From Candidatus Latescibacterota bacterium (lineage in GTDB: Bacteria; Latescibacterota; UBA2968), in the NCBI GenBank assembly GCA_965116885.1, contig OZ220741.1:896001-960000 (forward strand): DNA of 64,000 nucleotides, read 5' to 3'. Positions 30,904 to 39,684 of this stretch are shown in pieces. Below the pieces are notes generated by a model. The model did no database searches and had not been told where the DNA came from. It saw only the letters and a program-made list of their open reading frames with translations. The position numbers were made by a program, and so were the translations under genes. Position 1 is the first letter of the stretch. Each line of letters opens with the position of its first letter.

Positions 30904-32694
30904 GTGAAGAAAACTCGAACATCACCCACATACATGATTCCCATTGTCGGACTGCTCGTGCTGGCCGGCGTCTTTTCCAATGCGCCTCCCGCCATAGCAG
31001 ATTGTCCACTTCCTCCCGGCGTGACACCTCCTGCGGAACCGGCTGTAACGGCGCAGCAGGTGGAAGATGGTAGCGCTACCCTGCAGGACTTCGCGCTGGC
31101 CCTGAAAAATCATCCGGAGTTTAGCCAGGTATCGGCGAGTTTGCATAGGCTGTTGCACCTTGGATGTCTCTTCAGGCAGGAGGGGGGGCCGTACCGTTCC
31201 GGTTCCACCTACATCGTACAACTGACGCCCGACAGCAGGCTATCCGCTCACGCAAAGGACATGGCATTATCGGGCAGGCTGCTCAATCCCATAATTTATG
31301 GCGCGATCCTTCAAGCATTGGGAATCAACCCAGCCGACCTCACCGACCGTGCTGCGGCCCTGGCCGCTTTCGCTGCCGCGGTAGCCGGGGATGGCGGCCC
31401 GTTCAATGTGCCCGATATCCCAGGGGCTTCCGGCTATGCCGCCGCAGTTATATCGCCCAGTTTCCAGACCCCGATCGTGCTGCTCGTGGGATTCGATCTC
31501 AACGAATCTCACGTAGTTGAAGAAGTCATCGATTACGGCGACCCGACCATTACCGCCAGTGACGTAGTAGATCGAGAAACCCTGAAGGCATTCGTCACGC
31601 AAGCGGGGGAGCGGTTTCTCGAAATCCAGAAGACCGGCGATCCAGCCGCTTTCTATAAAGCCAGGAACGCCATGCGGGATCCGAACGGACCCTGGAGACA
31701 CGGTTCCGTGTACCTCTACATCCTGGATCTTACCAGCAACATCATCACGTTTCACGGCGCGTTTCCGGACAGATTCGAACTTCAGCCTCTGATAGCCACT
31801 GTCCGAGACGTCGTTACTGGAGAGCTTATACTACCGCAGGTCATCGAAGCGGCAAAAAATAACCCGGAAGGCGGCTTCGTGGAGTATTACTTCGACGATC
31901 CCACGGACGACACAGACAGTGCCGACATTCCCAAGGTGGGATACGCACGCGAGTTCAAAGGTGAACTCAGTTTAGGCGGACGCGTAGTCCCACTCCACTA
32001 CATCGTCGGGTCGGGTTTTTACGGGCGCGCACCCGAGGTCGTCCCAACTGATCCCTATACGAAAGTGGAAGCCACGGTCCTGGGCGACGCTGTCGAGGGA
32101 TTGACCGTCGAGTTTGCGCGATCCATCGCTGGCCAGCCGGCCGACTACGCCTATAACGCCGTCACAGATGTTAATGGCTCTTTGTCCCTCACCATCTCCA
32201 ACCCAGATGGGGTCACTGGTTACTATACAGCCCGCGCCAGCAACGCCGATGGCGAAACCGTCGGTCAGTGGCACAGCATTCCCCTCAACCAGAACCAACG
32301 CCAGGTCCTAAAACTGACCCTGAGTGGCGATATGAGAGTCGTACGCGTCGAACCACTGGCAGCATCCAAGCCAGTATTAGTAGCCGAGACAGTGGCAGTA
32401 TCCGAGACAGTGCCAGAAGTTAGTGGTCTGGCACCCAACTTTCCCAACCCATTCAACAGCGCCACCCTGATCACCTACCACCTGTCCAGCCCTGGACCGG
32501 TGCAACTGGTAATCTACAATGTGCTGGGACAACCCGTACGCACGCTGGTGAATCAGTCCCAGGCCGCAGGCTCCTACCAGATACGGTGGGATGTCCTCGA
32601 TCATCGGGGCGTCTCGCTATCGACGGGGGTCTATATCGCACGCCTGAGCTATCCCGGCGGGGTGCAGACCCAACGGCTGCTCTACCTCAAGTAG
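30904..32694 (+). CDS. Secreted tandem Cache-like domain protein with T9SS/FlgD-like C-terminal domain (paralog 1)
   Basis: GGGAGG RBS and GTG start; signal peptide; two Cache-like repeats (GSTYIV..AH / GSVYLY..FH..GGFVEYYF..PKVGY); NFPNPFN...IYNVLGQ...GVYIARL tail. Confidence 0.8.
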   Translation: MKKTRTSPTYMIPIVGLLVLAGVFSNAPPAIADCPLPPGVTPPAEPAVTAQQVEDGSATLQDFALALKNHPEFSQVSASLHRLLHLGCLFRQEGGPYRSGSTYIVQLTPDSRLSAHAKDMALSGRLLNPIIYGAILQALGINPADLTDRAAALAAFAAAVAGDGGPFNVPDIPGASGYAAAVISPSFQTPIVLLVGFDLNESHVVEEVIDYGDPTITASDVVDRETLKAFVTQAGERFLEIQKTGDPAAFYKARNAMRDPNGPWRHGSVYLYILDLTSNIITFHGAFPDRFELQPLIATVRDVVTGELILPQVIEAAKNNPEGGFVEYYFDDPTDDTDSADIPKVGYAREFKGELSLGGRVVPLHYIVGSGFYGRAPEVVPTDPYTKVEATVLGDAVEGLTVEFARSIAGQPADYAYNAVTDVNGSLSLTISNPDGVTGYYTARASNADGETVGQWHSIPLNQNQRQVLKLTLSGDMRVVRVEPLAASKPVLVAETVAVSETVPEVSGLAPNFPNPFNSATLITYHLSSPGPVQLVIYNVLGQPVRTLVNQSQAAGSYQIRWDVLDHRGVSLSTGVYIARLSYPGGVQTQRLLYLK

Positions 32695-32711
32695 TGCCGA
32701 ACGCACAAAGC

Positions 32712-32749
32712 AAAAGCCCGCTGATCATATAGATCAACGGGCTTTTTTT
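32712..32749 (+). terminator. Intrinsic terminator
   Basis: AAAAGCCCGCTGATC...GATCAACGGGCTTTTTTT; identical to 35179-35216. Confidence 0.85.
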
Positions 32750-32809
32750 CAGATCATCAGGAAACCGGAGCGTTAACCCACTCTACTGAACCCGCATCCC
32801 TGCTTATCC

Positions 32810-33049
32810 TCACAATAGCTTTACCAGAGCAGCGACCACGCCAATCGCGACCACCATCATGGAACCCAGACGCAAGGTCAAGTCGTGCTTCAGACGCAAT
32901 TCCAATTCTTTCAAATCCTGCTTCGTCGCCAATTTTTCGTCAATCAGTGCCGCCTGTGAACGCGCCAGCACCTCCGCCTGTTCTTCTGGCATCCCCGCAT
33001 GGGTCAGTTCTTTTACGAAAGCGTGGGTATCAAAAATAATTGCTGCCAT
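32810..33049 (-). CDS. DUF1640/CCDC90-like small coiled-coil membrane protein
   Basis: FDTHAFVKEL..AGMPEEQAE, LATKQDL, C-terminal TM helix. Confidence 0.8.
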   Translation of the reverse strand: MAAIIFDTHAFVKELTHAGMPEEQAEVLARSQAALIDEKLATKQDLKELELRLKHDLTLRLGSMMVVAIGVVAALVKLL

Positions 33050-33319
33050 CTAATTTTCTCCGGTATTGTTCATGCACTCCCATTTTGTTCTTTTAATGCA
33101 GCCAGAACATAAATAAATATATGAAAAATCCTTTTATAGCACAATGTAAAGTCAGGAAATCTCTGCCCAACTTCAATACCAGATTGCCATCACCATAAAC
33201 ATGGCAGGCCTGTGCCCTCAGTTTATGCATAGAAAATCTATTTGCTTACCAGGGCATCTTCATATTATTCTTCCTGCGCTCATTCCTTATCACCCATTCC
33301 AAAAGGGAGGACCATCCCG

Positions 33320-35161
33320 ATGAAAACTCGAACATTACCCCCATACCTGATTCCCATTGTCGGACTGCTCGTGCTGGCTGGCGTCTTTTCCAATGCGCCT
33401 CCCGCCATAGCAGATTGTCCACCCCCTCCCGGCGTAATATCCCCTGTGGCACCGAGTGTGACGGCGCAACAGGTGGAAGATGGCAGCGCTACCCTGAAGG
33501 ACTTCACGCTGGCCGCGAGGGAACAATTTGTTATGCAGCTCCAGACGGCTGAGAATCTGGGACAAGTGGTCTATTACGGATGTCTCTTCCGGCAAGAGGG
33601 GAGCTATTGGCATTCCGGTTCCACCTACATCGTGGTTATGAGGGCCGATGGCAGTGTTTTGATTCACGCGAAGAACATGGCATTGTCGAGCAGGCGACTC
33701 AACCCCCTTATTTATGCAGAGATCCTTTCTGCCCTGGGAGTACCCTCAACCGTTCTGGCCAACCTGGCATCTCCCGATACTGCTATTGCCGCCCAGGCTA
33801 ATGCCGAAGTGGTTAATATATTGACGCAAGGACCGGATGCCGCATTCGATGCGACCACCCCTATACCAGACCTGCGACCTGGCATACCGGGTGCCTCCGG
33901 CTATGCCGCCGCATATTTTTCGGACTTTTTTAGAGGCCCGCTTGTGATGATAGCCGGTTTCGAGCTCAATGAAACTCACGTAGTTGAAGAAGAGATCGAT
34001 CACATTACCCCGGCCGTTACCGCCAGGGACGTGGTAGATCGAGAAACCCTGAAAGCCTTCGTCACGGCAGCAGGGGAGTACTGTCTCGAACTTCGGAAAA
34101 CCGGCAATTTCCCCGGTGGGATAGCCAGGATCGCACTTCGGGATCCGGACGGGCCCTGGAGACACGGTTCGGTGTACCTCTATGTCCTGGATACTACCAG
34201 CAACGTAATCCAAATACACGCTGCGTTTCCGAACAGATACGAGCTACGACCTCTGATAGCGACCGTCCGAGACGCGGTTACCGGAGAACTCATACTACCG
34301 CAGGTCATCGAAGCGGCGAAAAGTGACCCGGAAGGCGGCTTCGTGGAGTATTACTTTGACGATCCCAATGACGACACCGATAGCGCCGATATCCCCAAGG
34401 TCGGATACGCACGCGAGTTCAAAACGCAAACCGAGTTAGGTGGAAGGGTAGTCCCGTACAACTTCATCATTGGGTCGGGTTTTTATGGACGCGCACCCGA
34501 GGTTGTCGTCCCGACTGAACCCCATACGGTAGTAGAAGCCACGGTTATGGGCGATGCCGTCGAGGGATTGACCGTCGCGTTTGCGCGATCCATCGCCGGC
34601 AGCCAGCCCGACTACGCCTATAGCGCTGTCACAGATGCCAATGGCGCTTTGTCCCTCACCATCTCCAACCCAGATGGGGTGAGTGGTTACTATCAGGCAC
34701 GCGCCCGCAACGCCGATGGCGAAACCGTCGGCCAGTGGCACTCCATTCCCCTCAACCAGAACCAACGCCAGGTCCTGGAACTGACCCTGAGCGGCGGTAT
34801 GAAGATCGTACGCGTCGAACCACTGGTCGCAGCCAAGCCAGTGGCCGTATCCGAGCCCGTGTTATCAGCCGAGATAGTGCCAGAAGTTAGTGGTCTGGCA
34901 CCCAACTTTCCCAACCCATTCAACAGCGCCACCCTGATAACCTATCACCTGTCCAGCCCCGGTCCGGTACAATTGGTAATCTACAATGTGTTGGGACAGC
35001 CGGTACGCACATTGGTGGATCAATCTCAAGGCGCAGGCTCCTACCAGATACGGTGGGATGTCCTCGATCATCGGGGCGTCTCGCTATCGACGGGGATCTA
35101 CATCGCACGCCTGAGCTATCCCGGCGGAGTGCAGACACAACGGTTGCTCTACCTCAAGTAG
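33320..35161 (+). CDS. Secreted tandem Cache-like domain protein with T9SS/FlgD-like tail (paralog 2)
   Basis: Same architecture as paralog 1; GGGAGG RBS. Confidence 0.8.
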   Translation: MKTRTLPPYLIPIVGLLVLAGVFSNAPPAIADCPPPPGVISPVAPSVTAQQVEDGSATLKDFTLAAREQFVMQLQTAENLGQVVYYGCLFRQEGSYWHSGSTYIVVMRADGSVLIHAKNMALSSRRLNPLIYAEILSALGVPSTVLANLASPDTAIAAQANAEVVNILTQGPDAAFDATTPIPDLRPGIPGASGYAAAYFSDFFRGPLVMIAGFELNETHVVEEEIDHITPAVTARDVVDRETLKAFVTAAGEYCLELRKTGNFPGGIARIALRDPDGPWRHGSVYLYVLDTTSNVIQIHAAFPNRYELRPLIATVRDAVTGELILPQVIEAAKSDPEGGFVEYYFDDPNDDTDSADIPKVGYAREFKTQTELGGRVVPYNFIIGSGFYGRAPEVVVPTEPHTVVEATVMGDAVEGLTVAFARSIAGSQPDYAYSAVTDANGALSLTISNPDGVSGYYQARARNADGETVGQWHSIPLNQNQRQVLELTLSGGMKIVRVEPLVAAKPVAVSEPVLSAEIVPEVSGLAPNFPNPFNSATLITYHLSSPGPVQLVIYNVLGQPVRTLVDQSQGAGSYQIRWDVLDHRGVSLSTGIYIARLSYPGGVQTQRLLYLK

Positions 35162-35178
35162 CGCTGAACACACAAAGC

Positions 35179-35216
35179 AAAAGCCCGCTGATCATATAGA
35201 TCAACGGGCTTTTTTT
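35179..35216. terminator. Intrinsic terminator
   Basis: Copy of the 32712-32749 hairpin. Confidence 0.85.
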
Positions 35217-35242
35217 GTACGCCTCATCTTTTTTTCAACCCC

Positions 35243-35749
35243 CTACTGAACCCGCATCCATGTATCGACCCATGCCCCCTCATAGGATGCCGTCATCGTA
35301 TTGCCTTCAAAAACCCACTGCTGCTCATCGTGTGCAATCTCAATTTTATCGCCCTCAACCGTAATTTTCCCCTTCACGCTTTTGGCCTTGGGATAAATCG
35401 ACATCGGTGCTTCGGCAGAAGACCGATACCCCTGGCGAACCAGCACATGCCTGGCTCGCGTAATCGCCGACGTAGAAATTTCATACGTACTGGCAGCATA
35501 ATTAAATCGCCGGGGTGTACCATCTTTTAAGTCTTCGAGAAGATTGAGCGTAACATGTGCTTTTCGAGAACTAATAGGCTCCCACAAAAGCGATCCTTTT
35601 ACATGCGGATCACTCAACACAGTACCATCTTGCAATTGACGACTTTGCAAAACCCAGGTACCCGCCAATTGTGTTTGCATATCTGACAGACGATCACTAC
35701 ATCCCTGCATCGCGAACACAGACAGGAGGCATATCATCAGGCGTTTCAT
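35243..35749 (-). CDS. Lipocalin-like lipoprotein
   Basis: Lipobox MQGC; LAGTWVL motif; beta-rich. Confidence 0.65.
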   Translation of the reverse strand: MKRLMICLLSVFAMQGCSDRLSDMQTQLAGTWVLQSRQLQDGTVLSDPHVKGSLLWEPISSRKAHVTLNLLEDLKDGTPRRFNYAASTYEISTSAITRARHVLVRQGYRSSAEAPMSIYPKAKSVKGKITVEGDKIEIAHDEQQWVFEGNTMTASYEGAWVDTWMRVQ

Positions 35750-35928
35750 TTTGATCTCCCTGCAAGTTATCATCCGAAAAACGAACAGCTACAGTATATT
35801 TTTCGATTTGCGTGCTGTCAAGCCAAAAAAATAATGTCTGCCCATCTCGCACACAAAGCCAACCAAACCCCCGCCCGGAATAACCAGGCGAGGTTTTGGT
35901 TTTAATGTAATTTTAGATTGTGTAAAAC

Positions 35929-35957
35929 TTGACCTTTTTTAATAACAGTGATATATT
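35929..35957 (+). promoter_or_regulatory. Putative sigma70 promoter of paralog 3
   Basis: TTGACC-N17-TATATT with extended -10 TG. Confidence 0.7.
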
Positions 35958-36035
35958 CAAAGGCGATATATAAGCCAAAAATCTATATATCGCCTTTTTG
36001 GCAACTCTTAAATCTAACTCAAAAGGAGGACCATC

Positions 36036-37877
36036 GTGAAGAAAACTCTAACCTTACTCACCGGACTGCTCGTGCTGGCTGGCGTCTTTTCCAATGCGCC
36101 TCCCGCCATAGCAAATTGTCCACTTCCTCCCGGCGTGACGCCTCCTGCGGACCCGCGTGTGACGGCGCAACAGGTGGTAGATGGCAGCGCTACCCTGATG
36201 GACTTCGCGCTGGCCGTGAGAGAGCGGTCCAAAGAATATGCCCAAGGGCACGCGACCACGGAGGAAGCGGTATATATCGGATGCATCATAAGGCAGGATG
36301 ATGGGATATGGCATTCCGGTTCCACGTACATCGTGAGCCTGACGCTCGACGGCAGAGTGTACATTCACGCGAAGAACATGGCACTGTCGGGCAGGCTGAT
36401 CAACCCGGTGATTTATGGAGCGATCCTTTTTGCGCTGGGCGTATCCCCAACCGATCTGGCGAATCTGGCGTCTCCTGATCCTGCTACCGCCGCCCAGGCT
36501 TTCGCCGCCGTCCTGGGCACATTGTTGCAGGAGCCGGACGGCGCATTCGACGCGACCACCTCTATTCCAGGTCTATCACCAGGAATACCAGGCGCTTCGG
36601 GCCATGCCGCCGTCTATGTCGAGCCCAATTTAGGGAACGTTCCGATTGTGATGCTCATGGGATTCGATCTCAATGAATCTCACTTGGTTCCCATTACCGA
36701 TGAAACAATCGATTACGGCGATCCGGCTGTCACTGCCAGGGACGTGGTGGACAGAGAAACCCTGAAGGCCTTCGTCACGCAAGCGGGAAATTACTTTCTT
36801 GAACTCCTGAAGACCGGCGATGCAGCCGCTCTTTCGCAAGCCAAGATCGCCTTGCGGGATGAGAACGGACCCTGGAGACACGGCTCGGTGTATCTCTACG
36901 TCCTGGATATTGTCAGCAACATCATCATATTTCACGCAGCGTTCCCGGACAAATACGAGTATCGGCCTCTGGTGCCGACCGTCCATGACGCTGTGACCGG
37001 AGAGTTCATTCTGCCTCAAGTCATCGAAGCGGCGAAAAGTGACCCGGAAGGCGGCTTCGTGGAGTATTACTTCGACGATCCCACCGACGACACAGACAGC
37101 GCCGACATCCCCAAGGTGGGATACGCACGCGAGTTCGCCGCTTCAATCCAGAGGGCAGACGGAAGCACAGTCCCGGCTGACTTCATCGTTGGGTCGGGCT
37201 TCTATGGGCGCGCACCCGTTGTTGTCCCGGACGGTCCCTATACGGTAGTAGAAGCCACGGTTATGGGTGACGCCGTCGAAGGGTTGACCGTCGCGTTTGC
37301 GCGATCCATCGCAGGCCAACAGCCCGACTATGCCTATAGTACTGTCACAGATGCCAATGGCTCTTCGTCCCTCACCATCTCCAACCCAGATGGCGTGAGT
37401 GGGTACTATACAGCCCGCGCCAGCAACGCCGATGGCGAAACCGTCGGCCAGTGGCACTCCATTCCCCTCAATAGCAATCAACGCCAGGTCCTGGAACTGA
37501 CCCTGGGCGGCGGCATGAAGATCGTACGCGTCGAGCCACTGGCCGCATCCAAGCCAGTGCTCGTAGCCGAGACAGTGGCAGTATCCGAGACAGTGCCGGA
37601 AGTTAGTGGTCTGGCACCCAACTTTCCCAACCCATTCAACAGCGCCACCCTGATAACCTACCACCTGTCCAGTCCCGGTCCGGTGCAACTGGTAATCTAC
37701 AATGTGCTGGGTCAACCCGTACGCACATTGGTGGATCAGTCCCAGGCCGCAGGCTCCTACCAGATACGGTGGGATGTCCTCGACCAGCGGGGCGTCTCGC
37801 TGTCAACGGGGATCTACATCGCCCGCCTGAGCTATCCCGGTGGGGTGCAGACCCAACGGCTGCTCTACCTCAAGTAG
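36036..37877 (+). CDS. Secreted tandem Cache-like domain protein with T9SS/FlgD-like tail (paralog 3)
   Basis: Same architecture; AGGAGG RBS and GTG start. Confidence 0.8.
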   Translation: MKKTLTLLTGLLVLAGVFSNAPPAIANCPLPPGVTPPADPRVTAQQVVDGSATLMDFALAVRERSKEYAQGHATTEEAVYIGCIIRQDDGIWHSGSTYIVSLTLDGRVYIHAKNMALSGRLINPVIYGAILFALGVSPTDLANLASPDPATAAQAFAAVLGTLLQEPDGAFDATTSIPGLSPGIPGASGHAAVYVEPNLGNVPIVMLMGFDLNESHLVPITDETIDYGDPAVTARDVVDRETLKAFVTQAGNYFLELLKTGDAAALSQAKIALRDENGPWRHGSVYLYVLDIVSNIIIFHAAFPDKYEYRPLVPTVHDAVTGEFILPQVIEAAKSDPEGGFVEYYFDDPTDDTDSADIPKVGYAREFAASIQRADGSTVPADFIVGSGFYGRAPVVVPDGPYTVVEATVMGDAVEGLTVAFARSIAGQQPDYAYSTVTDANGSSSLTISNPDGVSGYYTARASNADGETVGQWHSIPLNSNQRQVLELTLGGGMKIVRVEPLAASKPVLVAETVAVSETVPEVSGLAPNFPNPFNSATLITYHLSSPGPVQLVIYNVLGQPVRTLVDQSQAAGSYQIRWDVLDQRGVSLSTGIYIARLSYPGGVQTQRLLYLK

Positions 37878-37915
37878 CGCCGAATGGTTGGGTTTGTCAA
37901 TTTTCTCATAGCTAA

Positions 37916-37947
37916 AAAAATGCCCCTGAAAATTCAGGGGCATTTTT
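37916..37947. terminator. Bidirectional intrinsic terminator
   Basis: AAAAATGCCCCTGAA-AA-TTCAGGGGCATTTTT. Confidence 0.85.
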
Positions 37948-37979
37948 CTACTGTATTTAAGTCTTACTTCTCACCGAAT

Positions 37980-38819
37980 TTAAGTCACTTCCAGCAACGG
38001 CTCAAGCCGCGAGCGACGGCGCGGATGGCGCAATCTGCGAAGCGCTTTCTCCTTAATTTGCCGCACGCGCTCCCGGGTCAAATTAAACCGAACGCCGATC
38101 TCTTCAAGCGTAAGTGGCTCTTCACCGCCCAGGCCAAAATACAGGCGCAAAACCTCAGTCTCCCGGTCATCCAGAGATGTGAGCACATCTTTTACCTGTT
38201 CGCGCACTGAATCCTCTACAACTTCCTCATCCGGTGCCTTTTGTGTCTTATCGGGCAACACATGCAACAAACTGTGGTCATCCTCCTCGCGGAAAGACGC
38301 ATCCAGAGACCAGACATCGCGCGCGCGCATCAGCGTATCCTGAACCATCTCCACCGACACACCGAGTTCTTTTGCCACAGTTTCGGGTTCGGGTTCGGTC
38401 TCGCTTGACTGCCTCAGTTCGCGCGACACCTTTGAAATATTGTGCAACAAATCAATGCGGTTAATAGGCAAACGCACAACCCGTGAATCCTGTGCCAAAC
38501 TCTGGTGAATCGCCTGGCGTATCCACCATACCGCATAAGAAATAAACTTAAAGCCCCGCGTGCCATCAAAGCGCTCGGCAGCCGTCATCAGCCCCATATT
38601 TCCCGCGCTGATCAAATCCGCCAGAGGCACCCCGTGATTTTGATATTCGCGCGCTACGCTCACCACAAATCGGAGATTGGCCGCAACCAATTTATCTCTG
38701 GATCTCTGACAACCTTTGTGGATTTTCTTTGCCAGTTCAATTTCTTCCGCACTCGAAAGGGGTTCAGACGAGGCAATGTCTCGCAGATACAAATCCAGAG
38801 ACTCACTATCTTGTATCAT
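37980..38819 (-). CDS. Alternative sigma70-family factor (RpoD/RpoS-like, lacking region 1.1)
   Basis: ANLRFVVSVA, GFKFISYAVWWIRQ, TLEEIG...TRERVRQI; about 280 aa. Confidence 0.92.
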   Translation of the reverse strand: MIQDSESLDLYLRDIASSEPLSSAEEIELAKKIHKGCQRSRDKLVAANLRFVVSVAREYQNHGVPLADLISAGNMGLMTAAERFDGTRGFKFISYAVWWIRQAIHQSLAQDSRVVRLPINRIDLLHNISKVSRELRQSSETEPEPETVAKELGVSVEMVQDTLMRARDVWSLDASFREEDDHSLLHVLPDKTQKAPDEEVVEDSVREQVKDVLTSLDDRETEVLRLYFGLGGEEPLTLEEIGVRFNLTRERVRQIKEKALRRLRHPRRRSRLEPLLEVT

Positions 38820-38864
38820 AATTCCAGGCAAGGGGAACCTCCTGTAAAAGGATGGGGAGAACAA

Positions 38865-39377
38865 CTATAAAACAGAATGGGGAGCCGACATTTTGCGAAT
38901 TTGCGCCAGGTGTTTCGTCATAAACTGATACATACTCATCGATGTGTCGCAGGCCATCAAACCCGCTCGCACATCTGAATTTTTAAACAACAGTGCCAAA
39001 TTGCTCAAAACCGACAGATAAGGCACAGGAGCCGCATCGGGTACTGCAACCATGCATATCACGTGAACGGATTCTGCATCTGGGGGAAAAGCAATACCCG
39101 TCTGAGAAATGCCCAACGCCACACCGGGCTGAGCAACCGATCGGCATCGCGCATGGGGCAGTGCAACACCTCGACCCAAAACAGTACTCATCTGATCTTC
39201 TCGATCCAAAACAGTTTGCAAAAACTTCAGGCTATCGACCACCTTCCTGCACCCATAGAGCCGATCCACCAACTCTTTGATCGCCCCCAGGCGATCTTGT
39301 GATTGCAACTCGGGTACAAGAAGCGAAACATCAAAGTGAAAAACATCGTCTTCAGATAAAACTGTCGTTTGAGTCAC
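38865..39377 (-). CDS. PTS EIIA-like (PtsN/fructose-mannitol type) single-domain protein
   Basis: REDQMSTVLGRGVALPHAR with phospho-His; GTG start with GGAG RBS. Confidence 0.85.
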   Translation of the reverse strand: MTQTTVLSEDDVFHFDVSLLVPELQSQDRLGAIKELVDRLYGCRKVVDSLKFLQTVLDREDQMSTVLGRGVALPHARCRSVAQPGVALGISQTGIAFPPDAESVHVICMVAVPDAAPVPYLSVLSNLALLFKNSDVRAGLMACDTSMSMYQFMTKHLAQIRKMSAPHSVL

Positions 39378-39525
39378 CTGATCTCCACACGCAACAAAAT
39401 GCAGAATTTGCACCTTCAAACTATAAAACATCTATCAAAAAAGGAGAATAACGCATTAACATCAATAAAAACATAAGGTTAATCTCCAGCATCAAAAATC
39501 CGCGATAAACGCGCCCCAATATAAC

Positions 39526-39542
39526 AGCAATATCCGTGCCAA
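39526..39542 (-). promoter_or_regulatory. Sigma54 (-24/-12) promoter
   Basis: Minus strand TTGGCACGGATATTGCT matches TGGCAC-N5-TTGC. Confidence 0.9.
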
Positions 39543-39627
39543 AAACATGCATATAGGCATAACTTATTGTTTATATTGAACAAAAATCAGAAAGTCCGAT
39601 CTGCTATGCTATTTTTGTCTCATTTAG

Positions 39628-39674
39628 AATGCAAAAATTGCACCCTATTTTATAACCAAAATGCAAAAATTGCG
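39628..39674. promoter_or_regulatory. Tandem enhancer-like (bEBP-binding) sites
   Basis: AATGCAAAAATTGCA and AATGCAAAAATTGCG, 32 bp apart, about 90-130 bp upstream of -24. Confidence 0.7.
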
Positions 39675-39684
39675 TTTTTAAAAA

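Noticed and set aside
30904..37877. Diversity-generating retroelement explaining paralog variation
   Set aside because: No reverse transcriptase or template repeat seen; differences include indels and are not adenine-specific
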